64,000 nucleotides of DNA. It comes from Bacteroidaceae bacterium (GTDB taxonomy: Bacteria; Bacteroidota; Bacteroidia; Bacteroidales; Bacteroidaceae). The stretch's first letter is position 1. The number at the start of each line of letters is the position of its first letter. The notes beneath the pieces were generated by a model that had not been told where the DNA came from, searched no databases, and saw only the letters and a program-made list of their open reading frames with translations. Positions 41,974 to 50,887 of this stretch are shown piece after piece. Made by a program: the position numbers and the translations under genes. The stretch is taken from positions 22,006 to 86,005 of the forward strand of contig JAZMZT010000218.1 of NCBI GenBank assembly GCA_045586125.1, given 5' to 3'.

Positions 41974-43542
41974 ATGAAAGGCCTATTAGAAATACTCACT
42001 ACAAAAGAGTGGATGATATCTCCTGACTTCGTTCATGGTGTCATCAATGTTCTGGGTCATAATCTCCAGACCCATGTCGTGCAGGGTAAGTTTGATAAGA
42101 AACCCTCATACCTCGTCCGTCTCTCATCGGTAAAGGATGACGGTACTTTCGTTGCCACCCCTTCCGGTTATCAGGTTACAAAAGGTGGCCGCATCCGTTA
42201 TCGCTACTCTCTTCAGGAGATGGAAGAGCCGTTCGTCAACGTCATGCCTATTGACGGCCCCATCACCCGTAATGGTGACGGCTGTTCCTATGGCAGTGTC
42301 GAGATTCGTGACTGGTGCAAGCAGGCAGCCGATAACCCCTACTGCCGTGGTCACATTTTCTATATAGACACCCCGGGTGGCTCCACCGCCGCCAAGGCTG
42401 ATTTTCAGATGGCCATAGACTATGCTCATTCACGCGGCCAGCGTTGCATTGCCTACATAGACGGCATGTGTGCCTCTATGGGAATGTACCTGGCCTCCAT
42501 GTGTGATGAGGTCTATTCCATGCACCCCGAGAATGACCTTGGTTGTATCGGTGTCCTGTGTGCTTTCTACACCACCAAGTCCGGTGAGCGTAATGAGTAC
42601 ACCGCCGAAACTTACCATGAAATCTATGACCCCGAGTCATTTGACAAAAACAAGTGGTTCCGTGACATAGCCAACAATGGTAATGATAAGGAACTCGTCG
42701 ATCACCTTGCAGAAACGGGTGCCCAGTTCCGTAAGGACATAAAGAAGGCCTTCCCCGCCGCTACCGATGACCATATCCACGGTAAGCTCTTCCTGGCCCG
42801 TGATGTCCTCGGTATTTTCTGTGACGGCATCCTCTCGTTCGGTGAGTGCATCCAGCGTCTCTTTGCGCTGGCCGATGGTACCGCACAGCCGGTAGTCCGT
42901 AAGGCCGCCGCCCCCGCTCTCAAGAAACAATCAACCTCAAAACAAACAGATATGAAAGAGTACAAACTTATCGCCGCCGCTTGTGGCGTAGAGGCCCTTG
43001 AGCATACCGATCTCGGTGCACACTTCATGCCTGAGATGCTTGACAGCCTTGAGCAGACCCTTGAGAAGGGTGCCACTGAGCGTACTGACCTCCAGCAGCA
43101 GTTGGATCAGGCCAAGCAGGAAACAGAGAAAGCCCGCCAGGCTACCGCCGATGCCGTAGCACAGCGCGAGCAGGAGCTCAACGCAGCTCATGAGAGTGAT
43201 ATGGAAGGTCTCCGTCAGGAGAATCAGACCGCCCTTGTAAACGCAAATGCTGAGTCTGAAAAGACCATCGCTGACCTCCGTGCTGAGAATGAGGCCCTCA
43301 AGGCCGAGAACGAGAAAACCAAGGCTGACCTGGCCGCCGCCAATCAGGCCGTCGCTGACCGTGACGCTCAGATTCAGGAACTCACCAACGCTCCCGCCAG
43401 TGAGCAGCAGCATTCACCTGAGAACAACGGTGGCTCTGGTGCTCCCGCTCAGGCTGAGGGTATGCCTGCTTATGATCCCAGCAAGTCTCCTATGGAGAAT
43501 GCCAAGATCCGTGCTGAGTGGAAAAAGAAGCACAACGTGTAA
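41974..43542 (+). CDS. S49 (SppA/ClpP-fold) prohead protease fused to a coiled-coil scaffold-like C-terminus
   Basis: IFYIDTPGGSTAA...IAYIDGMCASMGMYLAS matches the S49 peptidase core, including the Ser in the G-x-x-A-S-x-G context. The C-terminal 180 aa is E/A/Q-rich coiled coil. The track start at 41953 is TTG; the ATG at 41974 follows the promoter box. Confidence 0.7.
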   Translation: MKGLLEILTTKEWMISPDFVHGVINVLGHNLQTHVVQGKFDKKPSYLVRLSSVKDDGTFVATPSGYQVTKGGRIRYRYSLQEMEEPFVNVMPIDGPITRNGDGCSYGSVEIRDWCKQAADNPYCRGHIFYIDTPGGSTAAKADFQMAIDYAHSRGQRCIAYIDGMCASMGMYLASMCDEVYSMHPENDLGCIGVLCAFYTTKSGERNEYTAETYHEIYDPESFDKNKWFRDIANNGNDKELVDHLAETGAQFRKDIKKAFPAATDDHIHGKLFLARDVLGIFCDGILSFGECIQRLFALADGTAQPVVRKAAAPALKKQSTSKQTDMKEYKLIAAACGVEALEHTDLGAHFMPEMLDSLEQTLEKGATERTDLQQQLDQAKQETEKARQATADAVAQREQELNAAHESDMEGLRQENQTALVNANAESEKTIADLRAENEALKAENEKTKADLAAANQAVADRDAQIQELTNAPASEQQHSPENNGGSGAPAQAEGMPAYDPSKSPMENAKIRAEWKKKHNV

Positions 43543-43576
43543 TCAACCAGTTATTCATCTTTAAACAAATCCTATT

Positions 43577-44878
43577 ATGTCTGCAAACACAGCTTTCATC
43601 GGAAAGGATGCTCTGACCCATGTGGCCGAGCAGGTAGGTAAGAACATCATCATGGGTCCTGCCTACTCAGATCCTGAACTCTTGGATCGTCTTGGAATCC
43701 AGGTGATTTCCGGAATCCAGTACAAAAAGACCGATACCTTCCTTGTACGCAAGGGTGGTACCACTCGTCGTAAGGTTGTCGGCACTCCTGTTGCAAACTC
43801 CATCGGTTTCCTCAAGGAGCGCACCTTGGTTGCCAAGCTCACTTGGAACCGTTACAAGGACAACATTGACAACTACGTCGAGACTCCGTTTGGCACCGAC
43901 GGCAAGGCCGGAGGTGAGTATCCTCTCTCAACCGTCGCTGTTGAGGCTATCCTCGCTTCTTACGCTGAGGACCTGACCTCAAACCTCTTCTTTGGTGATA
44001 TGTCACTTGAGAATGACTCTGACCCCGATAAGGCCAAGTTGTCTCTCTATGACGGCTTCCACACTCTTATCCGCAAGGATATGGAGTCAGGTGTCATCAA
44101 TACTGCCAACGGTAACATCGTTGAGTGCGATGCCATCACCGCCCCCAGCAATGCTCATGACAGCACACCGTATGATACCGTCTATGACTGGTACATGCGC
44201 TGGAGTCCTCGTCTGCGTCAGCAGAAAAAGATCATCCTGCATTGTGATCTGTCTCGCGGCTCTTATATCGCTCAGGGTTACAGCAACAAGTTCCACGGTA
44301 ACGTCAAGGTCAACTACCTGCTCGGTGCCGACGGCAACCCCAACGGCTCATTCACTATCCCCGAGATGCCTCGCGTAGTGTTCACTCCGTCCGATGCTTG
44401 GGGTGTTGGTACCCGCCTTATGGCCACCGTTCCTAACAACCTGCAGTATGGCGTTGATTCACTCAGCAATGAGTCTTTCGTTAAGGTACAGTTCGGTTCA
44501 GACGATGACGCTCAGGATGTAATCTTCCAGATTCAGTCCATCCAGGGTGCCCGTCTGCTCAATCCGCTGTCATACGCCTTCGTTATCTCTGATGGTACAA
44601 TCCAGAACCCGCTCACACCTAACGTAGTCAACGGTGACTTCACCAACTCACGTCTGGTTATCAACATTGATAAGGCCGGTTATGGTACAGTTAAGGTCAA
44701 CAACGTTGCCTACTCTGAACCTCAGGAGTTCAAGGCTGGCGAGATACTGACCATCACTGCTACTGCTGCCGAGGGTAAACACTTCGTAAGTTGGAGCACT
44801 GGCTCGACTGATGCCACCATCACTGTTGAGGCTACCGGCGTACCTATGGGTCTGACCGCCTTCTTCGAGAACGATTAA
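43577..44878 (+). CDS. putative major capsid protein with C-terminal InlB-B-repeat-like domain
   Basis: 433 aa, immediately downstream of the prohead protease and followed by a strong terminator. The C-terminal ~90 aa (GYGTVKVNNVAYSEPQEFKAGEILTITATAAEGKHFVSWSTGSTDATITV...AFF) fits the G.V.v...y..G..vtl.A.p..G..F..W repeat-domain pattern. Confidence 0.6.
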   Translation: MSANTAFIGKDALTHVAEQVGKNIIMGPAYSDPELLDRLGIQVISGIQYKKTDTFLVRKGGTTRRKVVGTPVANSIGFLKERTLVAKLTWNRYKDNIDNYVETPFGTDGKAGGEYPLSTVAVEAILASYAEDLTSNLFFGDMSLENDSDPDKAKLSLYDGFHTLIRKDMESGVINTANGNIVECDAITAPSNAHDSTPYDTVYDWYMRWSPRLRQQKKIILHCDLSRGSYIAQGYSNKFHGNVKVNYLLGADGNPNGSFTIPEMPRVVFTPSDAWGVGTRLMATVPNNLQYGVDSLSNESFVKVQFGSDDDAQDVIFQIQSIQGARLLNPLSYAFVISDGTIQNPLTPNVVNGDFTNSRLVINIDKAGYGTVKVNNVAYSEPQEFKAGEILTITATAAEGKHFVSWSTGSTDATITVEATGVPMGLTAFFEND

Positions 44879-44889
44879 GCAATCCCTAT

Positions 44890-44924
44890 CAGGGTCGGGT
44901 ACTCTCGGGTGCCCGCCCTGTTTT
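44890..44924 (+). terminator. rho-independent-type terminator after the capsid gene
   Basis: CAGGGTCGGGTAC / GGGTGCCCGCCCTG form a stem (with G-U pairs and one bulge), followed by TTTT. Confidence 0.55.
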
Positions 44925-44958
44925 GGACCATTTGTCAAACAAATAAAACTTTAACAAC

Positions 44959-45750
44959 ATGAATTGCCCCATTCTTGAAGATTTTCTCAATGAGAATAAT
45001 TGCAATGAGAACATTGCAGGCACCTCCAATAAGGCATATTTCTTTGTTAAGTCTGACCTGGCTGCTCCTCTCACCCGCACCCGCAATGTCTATAGCACCC
45101 CTGTATTCAAGGCAGGCAAGGGTCTCTATCTGATAGAGCTCAAGAGCAACACCCAGCAGATTCAAGGCTCTTCACAGGGTCCTAACAAGGGATTCAACCT
45201 CACGTACCAGGCAGTGATTGATGCCGTCAACCGCAAGGTTTCCGAGCTCTCACGTGCTTTCAACAACCTTGACATCGGTATCATCGTAGTCGATGGTGAG
45301 GACACACAGATCATGTATGACCCCAACAACCGTGTCGAGGCCGATACCGACGGAATCAACAGCACCACCGGTGCCGCTCCTGAGGATGATCGCCAGACCT
45401 CCCTGCAGTTCCAGCTCAAGGGTGTCAAGTATCAGAACCTCTATGTTGAGGCTCCGCAGGGCGGTTGGGAGTCACTCCGTGCCTCCTCATCAGACCCCAC
45501 ACAGTCGGTTGCTGATCCCGTTATCTCTCCCGCCTCATTTGGTGAGGGTGAGACCTGTGAGGTGTCTATCACCTGCGCCACCGCAGGTGCTGAGATACAC
45601 TACACTCTCAACGGCTCAACACCTACCCTGGCAAGCCCCGTTTATTCCGGAGCATTCGCCATCAGTACCACAACCACTGTCAAGGCCATCGCTGTCAAGT
45701 CTGGCCTCAACGACTCGAATGTTGTCACCAAGGAGTACACCAAGGCATAA
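44959..45750 (+). CDS. head decoration / surface protein with chitobiase-hexosaminidase C-terminal-like (Fn3-associated) domain
   Basis: 263 aa. The C-terminal ISPASFGEGETCEVSITCATAGAEIHYTLNGSTPTLASPVYSGAFAISTTTTVKAIAVKSG fits the I.YT.DGs.P...S..Y..pi....t.ikA.a domain pattern. Confidence 0.55.
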   Translation: MNCPILEDFLNENNCNENIAGTSNKAYFFVKSDLAAPLTRTRNVYSTPVFKAGKGLYLIELKSNTQQIQGSSQGPNKGFNLTYQAVIDAVNRKVSELSRAFNNLDIGIIVVDGEDTQIMYDPNNRVEADTDGINSTTGAAPEDDRQTSLQFQLKGVKYQNLYVEAPQGGWESLRASSSDPTQSVADPVISPASFGEGETCEVSITCATAGAEIHYTLNGSTPTLASPVYSGAFAISTTTTVKAIAVKSGLNDSNVVTKEYTKA

Positions 45751-45776
45751 CCCTTCACACCGTAGTCAGCAGGTGC

Positions 45777-45822
45777 CGTTCCCCGCATTGCCCCGCCCCG
45801 GGCTTGTGGGGAACGCTTTTTT
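45777..45822 (+). terminator. hairpin plus T-run terminator
   Basis: CGTTCCCC (45777-45784) pairs with GGGGAACG (45808-45815), followed by CTTTTTT. It abuts the promoter cassette. Confidence 0.45.
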
Positions 45823-45855
45823 GTCCCTATTCTTGTGGCGTAATCCCTACTTTTG
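45821..45855 (+). promoter_or_regulatory. conserved promoter cassette TTGTCCC-N20-TACTTTTG
   Basis: Second copy of the cassette. The -7 box plus flank TACTTTTGGGTATAA is identical to the copy at 10895. Confidence 0.55.
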
Positions 45856-45885
45856 GGTATAAACAAACCCCAAAACCCCATTATT

Positions 45886-47091
45886 ATGTCTAAGATTCTC
45901 TACCCACAGATGTCTCAGGAGCAGAAACAGTCTTTTTTCAACCAGTTAAAGGAATTCTGCGCCAACACCCTTCCGCGTCTCGATGCGGACCTCCCACGTG
46001 CTGAACTTAATACCGTCTTTGAAAGCGGTCTCGCCCTGTTGGAATCCGTCCCCGCTGCCCGTCCCTTCGTGCGTGATGCCCGTATGGTAAATGACTACAA
46101 GCGTTATATCTCCGGTATGCGCCGTTTTCTGGATTCCGCCCTTAATGACATAACGGCCGACCTCGGTGCCGCCGCCGCAGCCGCCCCCTCATTCACTCCG
46201 CATGTAGGCCGTCCCACCCGTGAGGAAGCCGCTGCCCGTGCCGCTGCCGAAGCAGCCGAAGCAGAAAGAAAAGAGAATGAGCAGACCCTTTTCGGTCGTC
46301 GTGCCGATATGGGTGCACCCGCTCCCTCCGCTTTCATCTCCGGAGCACCAGAGAACCTTCTGCATCTTGACCAGCTTGCTTTCCTCCTCTCACCCGCCCT
46401 GCGTGAGGATGTCGCCCGCGTCCGTGATATCCGCGCTGCTGCTGCCGAGGCCTCCACCCGTGCCAAGCAGATGGCCGAGGATGGCCGCCCCGAGGAGGAG
46501 GTCGCCTCCCTCGCAAAAGAGGCTGCTGAGAAAACAGAGCAGTATGAGAACATCTACGCTCAGGTAGATAATGAACTCGCCGTAGTCTATGTCCGTCTCA
46601 AGGAGGATAAGACCTTCATTGATGAAATCGTCCAGCAGGGCATGAAACCCGATGAGCTCCGTACCATCCTGCGTCCCTACTGGGATAAGATAGGTGCTGA
46701 ACAGGATGCCTTCAAGGCCAAGGTTATTGCCAATATTGATGCCAATGACCCCGCTCAGGCCGAGGCCCGTGCTAAGGCTGCCGCTCAGAAAGAGAAGATA
46801 GACAAACTCGTCCGATACATCACCCGTAAGGATAAGGACAATACTAACACCCGCATCAAGGGCCTTGAGGAGCGTATGGCTCAGTTACGTCCTCTCATTT
46901 CAGAGAAAGAGGCTGCCGAACTCGATGCCATAATAGCCGAGTGTAAGGCCGACAACGTCCGCCTTAACGCCGCCAAGCAGGAGGAGAAAGAAAAGAAAGC
47001 CGCCGATAAGAGAGCAGCTAAAGAAGCCGCTAAAGCCGCTGCCAAGAATGATACCGAAAAGGAAACTAAAAAAACTGATGCTAAGGCATAA
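45886..47091 (+). CDS. A/E/K-rich hypothetical protein (scaffold- or internal-protein-like)
   Basis: Track ORF 45853..47091. The ATG at 45886 follows the promoter box. Long alanine/glutamate/lysine-rich helical stretches. Confidence 0.55.
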   Translation: MSKILYPQMSQEQKQSFFNQLKEFCANTLPRLDADLPRAELNTVFESGLALLESVPAARPFVRDARMVNDYKRYISGMRRFLDSALNDITADLGAAAAAAPSFTPHVGRPTREEAAARAAAEAAEAERKENEQTLFGRRADMGAPAPSAFISGAPENLLHLDQLAFLLSPALREDVARVRDIRAAAAEASTRAKQMAEDGRPEEEVASLAKEAAEKTEQYENIYAQVDNELAVVYVRLKEDKTFIDEIVQQGMKPDELRTILRPYWDKIGAEQDAFKAKVIANIDANDPAQAEARAKAAAQKEKIDKLVRYITRKDKDNTNTRIKGLEERMAQLRPLISEKEAAELDAIIAECKADNVRLNAAKQEEKEKKAADKRAAKEAAKAAAKNDTEKETKKTDAKA

Positions 47092-47141
47092 CGCAGGTGC
47101 TTGATTAATTCTCAATTCTCAATTTTCAATTCTCAATTATC
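47090..47141 (+). repeat. AACGCAGGTGCTTGA + five tandem AATTCTC-type heptamers (copy 2)
   Basis: AACGCAGGTGCTTGATT then AATTCTC AATTCTC AATTTTC AATTCTC AATTATC (47107-47141). It ends 4 nt before the ATG at 47146. Confidence 0.85.
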
Positions 47142-47145
47142 CTGA

Positions 47146-47868
47146 ATGGGTCGATTATCCCCGCAGTACATAGATCTCGTAGAACGCTGGCTTAAAGGAG
47201 GCCTGAATATCTCCCGTATTCGCATGTCTCCCGACCAGCGTCTCCGTGCTATGATAGTCTATGAGGCCTATCAGGTCTGGCTTACCGATAAGCAGATCCG
47301 TGCTCAGGACCTCATCCGCTCCATAGCACAGCGTGAGTATGCCGTCATCCTTGAAAAAGCTTCTGGCGGTGATGCCCGCGCTCAGGAACTCGTCCGTGTC
47401 CTCCGTATCACTCCCGATAAAGACCGCACTATAACAGAGATATCCAATGACGTGGCTCTCTTTGACCACCTCGTAGGCCGTTTCTCCGTCTCCACAGAGC
47501 ATATCGAGCGTGCCAAAGTCCAGGATGCTTCTGATTGGCTTATACGTGAAGGCATGAAGAACGCTGACTCCCGTGCCGTCAAGTCTGGTGCCGAAATCAA
47601 GATGCAACTCAACCACAACTTTGAGCAGCGTGACAATCCTGCAGAGCAGATGCCCTCAATGGATATCGGTATCACAGATGATGTCAGCATAATCAAACGT
47701 GACCGCGTTAACTATACCGATGAGGAGAAACGTCGTATGGCCCGTAAGTACGGTCTTACCGATAAACAGGTCACAGACCTCATCCAGTCCCCTGATGGTG
47801 AATGGCAGATACCAGATGAGCAGCCCGAGCCGGAGCCAGAGAAAGATGTCTTTGATGAGAACCAATGA
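47146..47868 (+). CDS. putative terminase small subunit (by position)
   Basis: 240 aa. Its stop overlaps the large terminase start (ATGA). No motif recognised. Confidence 0.4.
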   Translation: MGRLSPQYIDLVERWLKGGLNISRIRMSPDQRLRAMIVYEAYQVWLTDKQIRAQDLIRSIAQREYAVILEKASGGDARAQELVRVLRITPDKDRTITEISNDVALFDHLVGRFSVSTEHIERAKVQDASDWLIREGMKNADSRAVKSGAEIKMQLNHNFEQRDNPAEQMPSMDIGITDDVSIIKRDRVNYTDEEKRRMARKYGLTDKQVTDLIQSPDGEWQIPDEQPEPEPEKDVFDENQ

Positions 47869-49853
47869 GTGAACCGCGCTACGTCTATATGAATCCCATG
47901 CAGCAACGCATCTACCGCGTTGGTGCAAGGGATTTACGTGTTCTCGGCTCACGTCGTTTCGGCAAGACAGACGGTGTTATAGGCCCCCGTATCTACCGCG
48001 TCTCCATGTCAATGCCTGGAGCCACAAACCTCTGGCTCGGCAACTCCCGCAAGCAGCTTTACACCCGTACCGTCCCCGGCACCATTGCCGCCATAGAGCG
48101 TTTCTTCGGTCTCAAGGAGGGAGTCCATTTCGGTTGGGGCCGTCCGCCCCGTTTCGCTCAGGAACCCATAGTACGCCCCAAGACCTATGATAACGTCATC
48201 TGGTTTGCCAACGGCACCATTTGGCAACTCATATCACTGGCTGTCGTCGGTTCTGCCAACTCCATCACCTGTAACAGTATTATAGGTGATGAGTGCAAGT
48301 ATATGAGCAAGTCCAAGATAGACGGAGAGATCATGCCTACCCTCTCCGGTATCACACATCCTTACGGCCTTGAGTCCTTCTCAGACCTCAACCCTCTCTA
48401 CCGTTCTACCTGCTTTGTGTCCGATGCCTCCCTCACTATTAAAGGCAGTTGGCTGGAGCATGAGGAGGAACTCCTCGATAACCATCCCACCCTCGGCCCC
48501 TATCAGGACCGCACCTACCGTCAGATTCAGGATGAACTTACAGCCTATGCTGATCGTGTCATGCAGTACAGTGACCTCCTGCGTTCCGCCCGTAAGGATG
48601 GCTGCTCGCTCATAGTGTTGCGTAAGGAGCAGATAGATGCCGTCCGCGCTCAGGCACAGGCTATCATGAATCATGAGGGACCCTACCGCATACTGCCCAA
48701 CTACGGCCCCCGTATCAATAAGGCCGTACTTGCCATGTGCATCTCGCACCACCTCATCACCCCTCAGCAGGCCGAACTTCTTTACTGCCATAAGTACCTC
48801 ATCACCCCTGAGCAGGATTTTGATATAGCCCGTATCCGTGAGTCCCGCTCCTATCGCCGTTACATAGAGTCACTCCAGAGCAATGCCTTCTGCTTTTTCC
48901 GCACCAGCACACTGGATAACGTTGACCTTCTTGGTGAGTCTTATATAGCACGTATGCAGCGTGACCTGCCGCCCGTGGTCTTTGCTATCTCCATACTCAA
49001 TAAAAAGATGGTCAAGACCAATGACGGCTTCTACTCCAATCTTGACCTTGATAACGTCCACGGTTATATACCTGATGACTGCCCGGCCATAGATAAGAAC
49101 ATAGTACGCCGCAAGACCACCGCCGCCAATGGTGTCACCAATGAGTATGAGACTCCAGACTTTGAGATGCTTAGTGCCTTAAAAGACTGTACCCTTGATG
49201 GTGATGTAGTCGATGACCTCCCCCTCTATATCGCCATGGACTACAACGCCAATATCAACTGGGTCGTCACCGGCCAGCTTTATAAGCGTGACGGCTGTGA
49301 GTGCCTCAACGTTCTCTCATCTTTCTTTGTCAAGCATGAACGTAAGCTCCGTGAACTTATGGCCGATTGGCACCGTTACTACCGTCCCAAGATGGCCAAG
49401 AATAAGGAAGTCACCTACTTCTATGACTCCACTGCCAAGTTCAAAGGCTATGCCATCGCCGGTCAGCAGGACTTCAAGGATGTCGTCATACAGGAACTCA
49501 CCCGTTTCGGATGGACCGTCCGTGCGGTTGATATGCACCATCCTTATGAGCACGAGGCCAAGCATAAGTATATCAATGAATGTCTGGCCGGAGTCTCCTA
49601 TCCGGGCATCCGTATCAACCTCGATAACAATGAGGCTCTCTGCGTAGCCCTCACCAATGCCGAGGTCTCCATAGGCTATAAGGGTTTTCGTAAGTGCAAG
49701 TCCGGTGAGAAACTATCCGAGAACGCCGATGATGCCGTTCGCCTCGAATTCCGCACTGATGGCACCGATGCTTTTGATACCCTCGTCCTCGGTGTCAAGT
49801 TCCATCTTACCAACCTCAGCGGTATGTGTGCCCCGCTACCTTCTCGTCGCTGA
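47865..49853 (+). CDS. terminase large subunit
   Basis: 662 aa. Walker A-like GSRRFGKTDG near the N-terminus and Walker B-like IIGDECKY. Size and position are typical of TerL. Confidence 0.7.
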   Translation: MSEPRYVYMNPMQQRIYRVGARDLRVLGSRRFGKTDGVIGPRIYRVSMSMPGATNLWLGNSRKQLYTRTVPGTIAAIERFFGLKEGVHFGWGRPPRFAQEPIVRPKTYDNVIWFANGTIWQLISLAVVGSANSITCNSIIGDECKYMSKSKIDGEIMPTLSGITHPYGLESFSDLNPLYRSTCFVSDASLTIKGSWLEHEEELLDNHPTLGPYQDRTYRQIQDELTAYADRVMQYSDLLRSARKDGCSLIVLRKEQIDAVRAQAQAIMNHEGPYRILPNYGPRINKAVLAMCISHHLITPQQAELLYCHKYLITPEQDFDIARIRESRSYRRYIESLQSNAFCFFRTSTLDNVDLLGESYIARMQRDLPPVVFAISILNKKMVKTNDGFYSNLDLDNVHGYIPDDCPAIDKNIVRRKTTAANGVTNEYETPDFEMLSALKDCTLDGDVVDDLPLYIAMDYNANINWVVTGQLYKRDGCECLNVLSSFFVKHERKLRELMADWHRYYRPKMAKNKEVTYFYDSTAKFKGYAIAGQQDFKDVVIQELTRFGWTVRAVDMHHPYEHEAKHKYINECLAGVSYPGIRINLDNNEALCVALTNAEVSIGYKGFRKCKSGEKLSENADDAVRLEFRTDGTDAFDTLVLGVKFHLTNLSGMCAPLPSRR

Positions 49854-49879
49854 CTCTACGGCCTCTCTGAATAAAATTT

Positions 49880-49915
49880 TTGTCCCACCCGCGGGGACCT
49901 CCTCTCCTACATTTG
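49880..49915 (+). promoter_or_regulatory. conserved promoter cassette TTGTCCC-N21-TACATTTG
   Basis: Third copy. It lies 20 nt upstream of the ATG at 49935. Confidence 0.5.
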
Positions 49916-49934
49916 TTATCAAAACAATGGTCTT

Positions 49935-50423
49935 ATGGAGAACATCCCTTTTTACTATCAGCCATCCGGTAACAACTACGTCACCAACCCCCTACAGGGC
50001 GGTCAGGTGGTGCAGATAACCTTCCCCTCGTCAGACCCCGTACAGGTCTCAATAGACACCCGCCTCTCCAGCGCACAGCCGTGGAGCGTCATGACTCCCG
50101 TCCAGGTCACTGGCTCGCAGGTCATCCGCCTGCTCCGTCATGCCGTAGGTCAGCAGTTCCGTCTGCGCTGCCGCGTCCGTCCGTCCGATTGTCAGGGTTC
50201 CCCCGATGAACTCGTCCATGAGGTCGAGGAACTCGCACAGCGTGTGTCAGACCTTGAGAATGGTGGCGATTCTCTTGCCCAGCGTGTCACCGATCTTGAA
50301 GAGGGTAATGAGCCTCTGCTTCTCTACTTGGAACCTGATTCCGGTTATCTGATGCAGGAAGGAGTAAGCTCCGGTGAGTTCCATATCAACTATGAGACCG
50401 GATATCTTGAATTTGAGTCATAA
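49935..50423 (+). CDS. hypothetical structural protein
   Basis: ORF track, 162 aa, with a short tandem AQRVSDLENGGDSL / AQRVTDLEEGNEPL repeat. Confidence 0.55.
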   Translation: MENIPFYYQPSGNNYVTNPLQGGQVVQITFPSSDPVQVSIDTRLSSAQPWSVMTPVQVTGSQVIRLLRHAVGQQFRLRCRVRPSDCQGSPDELVHEVEELAQRVSDLENGGDSLAQRVTDLEEGNEPLLLYLEPDSGYLMQEGVSSGEFHINYETGYLEFES

Positions 50424-50443
50424 TCATTTAAATTGATATAACA

Positions 50444-50866
50444 ATGAGCGCATCTCAGAATGATTCCCCTACTACGCGCAAACCGGTAGGTCGTTTAATT
50501 CCCAAGCCCAAGGGAAATTATGATCCTGAATTCAATTATGACATTCTGGATATCGTACAGAATCAGACTGCCGTATTCCAGTCTCTCAAACCTAACAACC
50601 TGGGTCATCCCGTTACGGACCATATCTGGTGGGTAAAGCTGTTTGACGTTGCCGAGGCTATTCGTGCGGCTCTCAGTGGTGATGCCCCCGAGGCTCAGGG
50701 TGCTGATAACGTTGCTTTTCTTATGGCTGTTGATAAAGATGGTCTGCCTTGCACTATCAAGCCAAAGGACCTTGTTGATTACGTCATTCAGCACGTACTG
50801 GAGTATGACCTCATGGCCACATCTCTCACCGTCAACCAGCAGCAACAGGAGCAGCAGGAACCGTAA
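50444..50866 (+). CDS. hypothetical structural protein
   Basis: ORF track, 140 aa. Confidence 0.55.
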   Translation: MSASQNDSPTTRKPVGRLIPKPKGNYDPEFNYDILDIVQNQTAVFQSLKPNNLGHPVTDHIWWVKLFDVAEAIRAALSGDAPEAQGADNVAFLMAVDKDGLPCTIKPKDLVDYVIQHVLEYDLMATSLTVNQQQQEQQEP

Positions 50867-50887
50867 ACTCTCAATTCGTAGGTCCGT

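Noticed and set aside
46104-46553. 149-aa minus-strand ORF and other A/R/S-rich ORFs overlapping 45886..47091
   Set aside because: The GCN/GAR-rich alanine/glutamate coding sequence stays open in several frames, so these are shadow ORFs.
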